Assembly: GCA_016186705.1 (NCBI GenBank) | Contig: JACPLB010000002.1 | Coordinates: 20,811-84,810, forward strand | Reading direction: 5' to 3' | Length of the DNA stretch: 64,000 bases | Origin: Candidatus Kaiserbacteria bacterium | GTDB taxonomy: Bacteria > Patescibacteriota > Minisyncoccia > Phycocordibacterales > JABMNX01 | Part shown: positions 56,588 to 64,000 of the stretch, in pieces | How the letters are laid out: each line of letters opens with the position of its first letter | How positions within the stretch are numbered: position 1 is the first letter of the stretch | Position numbers and translations under genes: made by a program | The notes under the pieces: model-generated | Databases searched by the model: none | What the model was told of the DNA's origin: nothing | What the model saw: the letters and a program-made list of their open reading frames with translations, nothing else

Positions 56588-56857
56588 CTACGCGTTTCTG
56601 CTTGCCTTGAAGCAGTCGCGACAGAGAAGATTCCCTGTTTCACGCGGCTTGAAGGGGAGTTCAGTAATCGCTTTGCCACATCCGCTACAACTCCAGTTCC
56701 CCGCATGCATAATTCGCTCACCTTTGTCTCTCCCACTTGATTGTCTTTTCTTTCCGTGACAGTCCCGACAAAGAAGATTTGTCGTATTTTTCGGCTCAAA
56801 CGGAAGCTCTTTAATTACCGCTCCGCACCCGCTACAACTCCAATTTCCTGTGTGCAT
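56588..56857 (-). CDS. Tandem double zinc-ribbon protein
   Basis: Two ~40-aa repeats of MH.GNWSCSGCG..I.ELPF.P....NLLCRDC. Confidence 0.6.
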   Translation of the reverse strand: MHTGNWSCSGCGAVIKELPFEPKNTTNLLCRDCHGKKRQSSGRDKGERIMHAGNWSCSGCGKAITELPFKPRETGNLLCRDCFKASRNA

Positions 56858-56890
56858 ACGCTTATAAAATAATTTAATAATTAATGATAA

Positions 56891-58543
56891 TTATCGCTTG
56901 CGCCGTATCGCTGCTTTCATGAAGGCGGTAAACAGCGGGTGCGGGTTAAGCGGCTTTGCCTGGAATTCAGGGTGAAACTGCGTGCCGAGGAAAAATGGAT
57001 GTTTTGATTCGGGAAGTTCCGCTATTTCCATAAGCACCCTGTCGGGAGAGACGCCGGAAAAGACGAGTCCATTGGATGACAGCCGCTCAACATACTCCGG
57101 GTTCACCTCGTAGCGGTGCCGGTGCCGTTCTTCCACAATTTCCTTTCCGTACGCCCGCCGTGCAAGCGTTCCCCGCTTGAGGTATGCGGGATAGAGGCCG
57201 AGGCGCATCGTTCCGCCGTACTTGCTTTCCGCAAGCTTCTTTTTCTGGTCTTCCATGATGTTGATGACCAAATCAGGGCTTTTCGGGTCCACTTCCGGGG
57301 TGTGTGCGTGCTTAATGCCCAAAACATTCCGAGCGTACTCGATGACCATAAGCTGCATCCCGTAACAGAGCCCGAAGTAGGGAATTCTTTTCTTCCGAGC
57401 GTACTCGATGACCGCAAGCTTTCCGTTAATTCCTTTTTCACCGAAGCCGCCGGGAACAATAATGCCATGATATCGCTTCAGTGTATCGAGTCCGCGCTTT
57501 TTCTCAAAGCTCTGGGAGGAGAGCCAGTGGATATCCGGCTCGACGCCGAGCTTGTAGGCGGAAAACTTGATTGCCTCAATCACCGAGAGATACGAGTCGG
57601 AGAGCGTAAAATCGCCGGTCTTGAAATATTTTCCGACAATTGCGATTTTAACCGCTTTTTTCTTCTTTTGTATCCTCGTGACAAGATGTTTCCATTGGAT
57701 GAGATTGGTTCGCTTCGTTTTCTTATGGAGATCAAGTTTCATCGCGATGATATCGCTTAAGTGCTCGCGCTCGAAATTAATCGGCACGTCATAGATGCTC
57801 TCAATGTCCGGCGCCGAAATGACGTCTTCGCTTCTCACACTGCAGGAAATCGCAATTTTGTCTTTTCGTTTCTTATCAAGGGAAGTTTCGCTCCGTGCGA
57901 TGATAATGTCCGGCTGAACGCCATATGAATTGAGCGCCCGAATCGCGTTTTGCGTCGGTTTTGTCTTCATTTCTCCGATTTTCCCCGGAATCGGAAGGTA
58001 GGTAAGAATAATGAAGATGACATTTCCCGGATACTGCATGTGCATCACGCGCGCCGCCTCAATAAAAAGCGCGTTCTGGAAATCGCCGATGGTGCCGCCG
58101 ATTTCAATGACTGAAATTTCGGAGCCGTTGTACTCCGCCGCGGCTTCAATGCGGCGGATTATCTCGTCGCGGATATGCGGAATCGCTTCAACGCACCTTC
58201 CTCCATAGCCGAGATTCCGCTCGCGCTCAATGACGTGCTGGTACACCATGCCGCTCGTAATGTAATTTTCCTCGCCGAGATCCTTCCCCAAAAAGCGCTC
58301 GTAGTTTCCCATGTCCTGGTCGGTCTCAAGTCCGCTTTTCAAGACAAAAACCTCTCCGTGTTCGGTCGGATTCATCGTGCCCGCGTCAACATTGAGATAC
58401 GGGTCAATCTTCACCAGATTTACGTTAAAACCTTTTGACTGAAGAATCATGCCGATTGAGGACGTGGCGATGCCTTTCCCGACCCCGGACATGACCCCTC
58501 CCACGACAAATATGTACTTGTGTCCTTTTTTCTTCATCATCAC
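56891..58543 (-). CDS. pyrG: CTP synthase
   Basis: N-terminal synthase domain plus C-terminal glutamine amidotransferase with GLCYGMQ. Confidence 0.95.
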   Translation of the reverse strand: MMMKKKGHKYIFVVGGVMSGVGKGIATSSIGMILQSKGFNVNLVKIDPYLNVDAGTMNPTEHGEVFVLKSGLETDQDMGNYERFLGKDLGEENYITSGMVYQHVIERERNLGYGGRCVEAIPHIRDEIIRRIEAAAEYNGSEISVIEIGGTIGDFQNALFIEAARVMHMQYPGNVIFIILTYLPIPGKIGEMKTKPTQNAIRALNSYGVQPDIIIARSETSLDKKRKDKIAISCSVRSEDVISAPDIESIYDVPINFEREHLSDIIAMKLDLHKKTKRTNLIQWKHLVTRIQKKKKAVKIAIVGKYFKTGDFTLSDSYLSVIEAIKFSAYKLGVEPDIHWLSSQSFEKKRGLDTLKRYHGIIVPGGFGEKGINGKLAVIEYARKKRIPYFGLCYGMQLMVIEYARNVLGIKHAHTPEVDPKSPDLVINIMEDQKKKLAESKYGGTMRLGLYPAYLKRGTLARRAYGKEIVEERHRHRYEVNPEYVERLSSNGLVFSGVSPDRVLMEIAELPESKHPFFLGTQFHPEFQAKPLNPHPLFTAFMKAAIRRKR

Positions 58544-59529
58544 ACTTTAAGGTACCGCCGAACCGCCAAGTAGCTCGACACTGCCCCGAGGAAAATCCCC
58601 GTTCCCATAATGATGAGGAATATCTGCCCAAAATTATCGAGGTAGTACTGGAAGATATTGATATCGTTGAAGAATCCTTCGGTAATCGGTCCGAGCCAGA
58701 GCGTCAAGGGATAAAAAAGCACGAGTGTAACGATACCCGCAACAACTCCGTAGAGCACTCCTTCAAACACGAAGGGTCCCCGGACGTATGAATTTTCCGC
58801 GCCGACGAGCTTCATGACCGATATTTCGTCGCGCGCGGTGTAAATCGCGAGCCGGATGGTATTGAGCGTAATCATGACTGACGCGATTAAAAGAAAGATG
58901 ATGATGGCAAGACCGAATTGCTCCGAGGAATCAATAACGCGCGTGAGCCGGTCAATGGCGGCTTTATTTTGAAAGAAGTTAATTTTTTCTATAATCGGTG
59001 TTTCGCCTGCAGTCACTGCGGCGTCACTTTCCAAGAACTTAGCGATTCCTTCGTACTGCGAAGTCTCTTTCGCGCGAATACTCAAACTCGCGCCGAGGGG
59101 ATTCTCGTCAAGCTCGTCAAGCGCTTGGAGCGTGAGTTGGTCGTTTTGATGCCGCATGCGGAACGCTTCAAGTGCCTGCTCCTTTGAGATATACTCGACT
59201 GACTTTACTTCGGGAAGCGCTTCGATTGATTTCTTGAGCGAGAGAATGTTTCCTTCGGGAGCGGTTGTTACGAAATAAACATTGACATCAACTTTGTCGC
59301 GCACTTGATTGAGCGTCGTCGTGAGTATCGCGCCGATAAAAATGAGAGAACCGATAACGAAAAGCGTGATTGTCATGACGAGAATGGTCGAGAGAGAGAC
59401 AAAACTGTTCCGGATGAAACCGATTGACCCGTATTTGATGATTCGTTTTGCGTTTATCCACCACATAGATAGAAGTATATCGTACCTCCGGTTAAAGCGC
59501 GTAGCGACCGGTTTTGTCATCGCGAACAA
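58540..59529 (-). CDS. ftsX: Cell division ABC transporter permease FtsX
   Basis: FtsX topology. Overlaps ftsE. Confidence 0.85.
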   Translation of the reverse strand: MFAMTKPVATRFNRRYDILLSMWWINAKRIIKYGSIGFIRNSFVSLSTILVMTITLFVIGSLIFIGAILTTTLNQVRDKVDVNVYFVTTAPEGNILSLKKSIEALPEVKSVEYISKEQALEAFRMRHQNDQLTLQALDELDENPLGASLSIRAKETSQYEGIAKFLESDAAVTAGETPIIEKINFFQNKAAIDRLTRVIDSSEQFGLAIIIFLLIASVMITLNTIRLAIYTARDEISVMKLVGAENSYVRGPFVFEGVLYGVVAGIVTLVLFYPLTLWLGPITEGFFNDINIFQYYLDNFGQIFLIIMGTGIFLGAVSSYLAVRRYLKV

Positions 59530-60172
59530 CTCGTCCGCTGTCCATGGTAATCACACGGCGACCAAGAGAATCGATGACTCCCTTGTTGTGCGTCGCGAGA
59601 ATCACCGTCGTGCCGAGGTCATTGATTTTCTTGAGAATTTGGACTATGTCAAAGGTGCTTACGGGGTCAAGGTTCCCCGTCGGCTCGTCGGCGATTACCA
59701 CATCGGGCTGGTTCACGATTGCGCGCGCGATTGCCACTCGCTGTTTCTCGCCTCCTGAAAGTTCGCGGGGAAAATTCCAAATTTTGTCGCCGAGGTCGAC
59801 AAGGTCAAGTACGTACGGCACATCGGTTGCGATTTCCTCTTCATTCCGCCCCGCCGCCTCCATGGCAAATGCGATGTTTTCGTACGCCGTCTTGTTCGGC
59901 AAAAGACGAAAATCCTGAAAAACCATGCCGATTCTGCGGCGCAAACGATTGAGCCCTTCCCGATTGAGATTGTGAATATTGGTTGATTCAAAAAAGACAG
60001 AACCGTCCGTGGGACGGTCTTCGGCAAGGAGCATTTTGAGAAGCGTCGTCTTGCCCGCGCCAGAATGTCCGACGATGGAGACGAATTCGCTCGGTTCAAT
60101 TGAGAGCGTTACCCCCTCGAGCGCGGGTGAACTGCCGTTATAAATTTTCGATACGTTATCGAAGTAAATCAT
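59492..60172 (-). CDS. ftsE: Cell division ATP-binding protein FtsE
   Basis: Walker A GHSGAGKTT, signature LSGGEKQR. Confidence 0.9.
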   Translation of the reverse strand: MIYFDNVSKIYNGSSPALEGVTLSIEPSEFVSIVGHSGAGKTTLLKMLLAEDRPTDGSVFFESTNIHNLNREGLNRLRRRIGMVFQDFRLLPNKTAYENIAFAMEAAGRNEEEIATDVPYVLDLVDLGDKIWNFPRELSGGEKQRVAIARAIVNQPDVVIADEPTGNLDPVSTFDIVQILKKINDLGTTVILATHNKGVIDSLGRRVITMDSGRVVRDDKTGRYAL

Positions 60173-60188
60173 ACAAACACTGTCAATG

Positions 60189-61070
60189 TTACTCCAGATT
60201 CCGCTCGGCGTCTATGAACATCTGGATGTCTCCATTGAGTACCGCATCAGTGTCCCGCACTTCCGCCCCTGTGCGGTGGTCTTTGACCATTTTGTAGGGG
60301 TGAAGCACGTAGGAGCGAATCTGGTTTCCCCACTCGATATTGGTCGTTTTTGAGACAGAGAGTCCGTGCTCCTCTTTTTTTCTGTCTTCCTCCCGTTTCT
60401 TGAAGAGTTTCCCTTTCAATATCTCAAGCGCCCGCGCTTTATTCTGCGCCTGGCTTCGCTCGGATTCGACATGAACCGAAATGTTCGTTGGCTTATGCAC
60501 TACCCGTACTGCGGTTTCCCGTTTATTGACATTTTGCCCCCCCGGTCCGCTCGATTTCGCAAACGTCACCTCAACGTCGCTCTCGGAAAGCTCGACATCA
60601 TCCGTCGTCGGTATCTCTGGCACGACTTCCACCATTGAAAATGACGTGTGGCGGAGTTTTTTTGCGTTAAACGGAGAGAGGCGCACGAGTCGATGTACAC
60701 CCGATTCATTCTTAAGCGTTCCGTATGCGTCTTTCCCTGATATTTCAAACGTAATATTACGGTAGCCGCCGTGGTCATTCATGTTTTTATGCACCACGGA
60801 AAGTCCCCAGCCCTTCCGTTCGGCGTACCGTTCGTACATGCGGAAGAGCATGGAGGAGAAATCTTCCGCGTCATCCCCTCCGGCTCCGGAAAAAACAGTG
60901 ATAATGGCGTTTCCCTTGTCGTAGATGCCGCCCCCTTCCAATTCCGCTTTGAGCTCTTTCAGCTCCTTGATGGCTGCCTGCGCCTTGTTTTTATCCTGCC
61001 AGAAATCGGCCGCGTTTATGCTTTTTTCGAGCGTCTCAATTCTTTGTTTGAGTATTTTTTTGTCGGACAT
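60189..61070 (-). CDS. prfB: Peptide chain release factor 2, short single-ORF form
   Basis: SPF tripeptide and GGQ motif (SGPGGQNVNK). The N-terminal domain is shortened, and I see no +1 frameshift site. Confidence 0.85.
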   Translation of the reverse strand: MSDKKILKQRIETLEKSINAADFWQDKNKAQAAIKELKELKAELEGGGIYDKGNAIITVFSGAGGDDAEDFSSMLFRMYERYAERKGWGLSVVHKNMNDHGGYRNITFEISGKDAYGTLKNESGVHRLVRLSPFNAKKLRHTSFSMVEVVPEIPTTDDVELSESDVEVTFAKSSGPGGQNVNKRETAVRVVHKPTNISVHVESERSQAQNKARALEILKGKLFKKREEDRKKEEHGLSVSKTTNIEWGNQIRSYVLHPYKMVKDHRTGAEVRDTDAVLNGDIQMFIDAERNLE

Positions 61071-61209
61071 TTACATAGTATACCAGCAAAAATGAAGCCG
61101 GAGCGGGAGGAGGTGTGCTCCCGTTCCGGCTATTGTGTGTGCGGGGAGTCCGGCCGCAAGCTGGCTCACGAATTACCGCGCACACAAAAACCAAAAGGAC
61201 TTTACCTTG

Positions 61210-61282
61210 AGCCGAGGGGGAGAATTGAACTCCCGACCTACGGTTTACGATACCGTTGCTCTACCAACTGAGCTACCTCGGC
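61210..61282 (-). tRNA. tRNA-Thr(CGT)
   Basis: Reverse complement is GCCGAGGTAGCTCAGTTGGTAGAGCAACGGTATCGTAAACCGTAGGTCGGGAGTTCAATTCTCCCCCTCGGCT. Confidence 0.85.
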
Positions 61283-61325
61283 GGTACCGCACAATATATC
61301 ATGATTCTATTTATTCCGAGAACTT

Positions 61326-61766
61326 TTATGTTAGAAACCGACCTTCCTTTGCTCTTTTGCTCATTGCGCGATTTTTCCTTCCATTCCCTCTATTTAATCC
61401 TGCATAAGTCGGGCTAAGGGCGTCACAGTTAGGACATATTAATCTCAGGTTCTTCTCCGTATTATTACGCCAGTTACCGTCAATATGATCGGCAACCAGA
61501 GGGACTTTTCCGGTTTTTGGATTCACTTTTGACCATCCACACAGACAACACCTGTTTCTAAATTTCCTTCGTAAATATTTCTTAACATATAGAGAGACAA
61601 CACCATGCCCCTGTAAACCGTTCTCGGCGCCGGACTTCCATTTTCTTATGTATGTTTGGTGCTGATGTTCGAGTTGACACGCATTACTGCAATATTTATA
61701 GCTCGGTCTCGCTGGTTCTGCACCACACATTAAGCATGCTGACCTCGGCTTTCTCGGCATCGGCAT
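61326..61766 (-). CDS. HNH endonuclease
   Basis: CCLCGW...VPLVADHIDGNWRNNTEKNLRLICPNCD is an HNH motif with flanking Cys pairs. Start placed at MPMPRK so that it does not overlap the tRNA. Confidence 0.7.
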   Translation of the reverse strand: MPMPRKPRSACLMCGAEPARPSYKYCSNACQLEHQHQTYIRKWKSGAENGLQGHGVVSLYVKKYLRRKFRNRCCLCGWSKVNPKTGKVPLVADHIDGNWRNNTEKNLRLICPNCDALSPTYAGLNRGNGRKNRAMSKRAKEGRFLT

Positions 61767-61831
61767 ACGTGTATGATACCGCGAATCAACGACCAATAGA
61801 AAGAGGTGGGATTGGTCGTATGTTGATAAAC

Positions 61832-61907
61832 TGGAGCCCAAGGGCGGGATTGAACCGCCGACCTCGTCCTTACCATGGACGTGCTCTACCAACTGAGCTA
61901 CCTGGGC
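61832..61907 (-). tRNA. tRNA-Thr(GGT)
   Basis: Reverse complement is GCCCAGGTAGCTCAGTTGGTAGAGCACGTCCATGGTAAGGACGAGGTCGGCGGTTCAATCCCGCCCTTGGGCTCCA. CCA is encoded. Confidence 0.85.
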
Positions 61908-62069
61908 AACAGCTTAAAACATACACTATTTGAAGGAGAAATTAAATGCCTCATACCTATGAGGCATTTTTTATAATCAACTTTTTTGCGGGAAGGTGGG
62001 GACATGAATTCGCTTATTCGCCTGCTAACGGAAAGCGGTTTCTGTCTCGGCTCAAAACAAGGTCTTTGT

Positions 62070-64000
62070 TTAATCAGCAATCTGTCCCTGCTCCACCTTG
62101 CAGTTGATAGTGTACGTCGTTCCAGACTTGAGAGGACCGGCATTTACAGAGCCGGTATTTGTTTCGGTAGTAAAGAGGAATCCATCAGTTCCGGAGATAG
62201 TACAGTTAGATAGAGGGGCTGTCCAGGTTAGAATCGCTTCATTGCGCACGTGCCTCAATGTAATAGTAGGATTTTGAGAGAGTTCGGATTCTTTGAGGAA
62301 ATCAAAAGCCGCAGTTCTGGTTTGTGAACCGCCGGGACCTGTGCACGTCAGTGTGTACTTAGTGCTTGCTGTTTGAGTTATCGAGACAGACCCGGACGTT
62401 TCTCCGTTTGTCTCAAAAGGGGTGCCTGTACAGGAAGTCGCGTTTGTGCTCTTCCACGAAAGTGTGATTTCCCGACCGGAAAAGTCAGAGGAGGCATTCA
62501 ATATGACGGTTGGAAGCGGAACAGACAGGGATGCGGGCGGGGAAATGATGATTGAGCGAGTGGTCTTGTTTCCACGTAACGCGGTGCATGTGAGCGTGTA
62601 TGTAGTGGTTTCGGTTGGCATCACATGAGTCTCACCTTTTACCTCATTGTACGTTTGAAAATTACTTCCAACACAATTCTGTGCACGGTTACTATTCCAG
62701 CGCAATATCGCAACGCCTTCCGTATCTCCGCGAGAGACCGTAAATTCAACATCCGGAGGCGGCTCGCGGTTAAATATAATCTGCTGTTGTAAGCCCTCAC
62801 TGGACTTCTCATTTTTATTAGTAAATCCTTTTTTGAGAATATCAGAGATATTTCTCTTTGTTGATACCTGCGCACCGGAGGCAGTTTTTACTTTACTTGC
62901 ATTTTGAATTTCAGAAACTACCTGATCACCAAGTGCTTGCACGGCGACAAAGGTGGCATTCAAGAGGTCCCTTTGCCCTTCCCACGTACGCTGAGTAAAT
63001 AATAATGGATCAACGGACTGAAGTCCTTCTAATGTGTCTATTGATTTTGAGATAAGGTCGCTCGCAGTTTGCAAAGTATATCGTCCCGTATTTCCGGCAT
63101 ATTCTATAAGACGTGCGTTAGGGTCAAATGATTTTTGAATTTCATTAAGCGCTCGTTTTAGGAAACCAAGAAGATTCGGGGAAGCATCTGAAACCGCTGC
63201 GGTATCTAGAGATTCAGGAAATCTGTTCCGGTTAAAAGCCGAAAAGATATTGTAAAAAATCAGATTGAGAGGGGTAAGGTCTATTGAACCGACTCCTGCG
63301 CCTATCTTTTTGCCCTCTCCGCTATCAGAAGGTATTTCACTTAAGGCGCTTTGAAGAGAGGTTTCAAAACTTTGAACCTCTTGCGTGGCAACTTGCGTCT
63401 CCGTGTTTGCCGGAGTAGATGCTAAATTATTTTCTGAAACTACCGCGTCAATAGTATCCAAAGCTTCGTCAACGGCCTTAACCGCGTTTTCCACCGCCTC
63501 TGTCGCGCTTGCGACAGCCGCTGTCGTTTCTGCCGGAGACTCATCTTCACTTTCAGCTTCTGTGTCATCTTCTGTAGATTCGGCGGGAGCAACCGAGGGA
63601 GCTTCGGCAACACTCGTTTCAGTCTCCGCTTCAGGAGCGGAAGTGATATTGGAAATTGCTTCGGCGATTGCTTCGGCGACTGCATGACCTATGACGCCGA
63701 GACCAAATGTTGCGGGCGCGGACAGCTTTGCAGCAAAACCTATGAGGTTGGAAAAGACTGAAACAACGGCTCTTTGTGCGGTTACAACTTCATTGAGCGC
63801 ACTTGTTATGCTATTGATTGCCACTTGCGTAGCAACTGCTTCGGCGGCAGCTTCTGCCGCGGCATTTGCCGCCTCTGCTTCAGCTGCGGCTTCCGCCTCT
63901 CCCAGCCCAAACCCCGACTCGGGTCCAAAATCCGCAGCGGTTGCTTCCGCTTCAGCATCAGCTGGAGCATCCGCCCCCTCTCCACCTTCAGAATCAGCAT
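62070..64000 (-). CDS. 5'-partial large secreted/surface protein with an acidic Ala/Glu-rich low-complexity region and C-terminal repeated Ig-like modules
   Basis: The track shows a GTG at 63824, but the frame stays open upstream to the window edge (…ADSEGGEGADAPADAEAEA…). The C-terminus has repeated ...TYTLTC(T) modules. Confidence 0.55.
   Translation of the reverse strand, partial: ADSEGGEGADAPADAEAEATAADFGPESGFGLGEAEAAAEAEAANAAAEAAAEAVATQVAINSITSALNEVVTAQRAVVSVFSNLIGFAAKLSAPATFGLGVIGHAVAEAIAEAISNITSAPEAETETSVAEAPSVAPAESTEDDTEAESEDESPAETTAAVASATEAVENAVKAVDEALDTIDAVVSENNLASTPANTETQVATQEVQSFETSLQSALSEIPSDSGEGKKIGAGVGSIDLTPLNLIFYNIFSAFNRNRFPESLDTAAVSDASPNLLGFLKRALNEIQKSFDPNARLIEYAGNTGRYTLQTASDLISKSIDTLEGLQSVDPLLFTQRTWEGQRDLLNATFVAVQALGDQVVSEIQNASKVKTASGAQVSTKRNISDILKKGFTNKNEKSSEGLQQQIIFNREPPPDVEFTVSRGDTEGVAILRWNSNRAQNCVGSNFQTYNEVKGETHVMPTETTTYTLTCTALRGNKTTRSIIISPPASLSVPLPTVILNASSDFSGREITLSWKSTNATSCTGTPFETNGETSGSVSITQTASTKYTLTCTGPGGSQTRTAAFDFLKESELSQNPTITLRHVRNEAILTWTAPLSNCTISGTDGFLFTTETNTGSVNAGPLKSGTTYTINCKVEQGQIAD

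Noticed and set aside
1-64000. Scanned for CRISPR arrays, rRNA, transposases, integrases or obvious prophage genes.
   Set aside because: No regular repeat-spacer array. No rRNA-like conserved blocks. No DDE or tyrosine-recombinase-like ORFs. The only mobile-type gene is the HNH endonuclease.

Overview
This 64-kb window looks like a compact, gene-dense bacterial chromosome segment at roughly 50-55% GC. The gene content is compatible with a small-genome, possibly CPR/Patescibacteria-like organism, but that is an inference I cannot test here.

Recognisable housekeeping genes include rpsU, ybeY, ftsA, ftsZ, trxB, tsaD, valS, lepA, murJ, class II nrdJ, groES/groEL, secG, rnj, nth, pyrG, ftsEX and prfB. 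There are ten tRNA genes and an RNase P RNA (type A, minus strand) that the ORF track does not show. There is also a thiol-redox gene cluster and a MacAB-like efflux operon.

The most unusual part is a ~3.4-kb AT-rich island at about 6.35-9.89 kb. It lies directly 3' of tRNA-Ser(CGA), is bounded on the other side by tRNA-Val(GAC), and carries a three-gene minus-strand operon. That operon encodes a RibD_C/dihydrofolate-reductase-like protein, a 436-aa protein with an Rx5H HEPN-like motif (start overlapping the upstream stop), and a 4-TM membrane protein with an aromatic-rich soluble domain. I read this as a candidate undescribed defence/abortive-infection-type module; nothing in it matches a system I recognise.

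Other notable observations are:
- a second small AT-rich islet 3' of tRNA-Phe;
- a ~57-nt hairpin RNA motif present twice with compensatory base changes;
- two paralogous consensus-promoter / 5'UTR-hairpin / small-membrane-ORF / terminator modules;
- a recurrent CTAAAAGCT direct-repeat motif in several promoter regions;
- an HNH endonuclease between two tRNA-Thr genes;
- a candidate terminator-ended ncRNA at 44.4-44.7 kb.

No CRISPR array, rRNA, transposase or integrase was seen. Coordinates of features I delineated by hand (tRNAs, ncRNAs, motifs) may be off by 1-2 nt.
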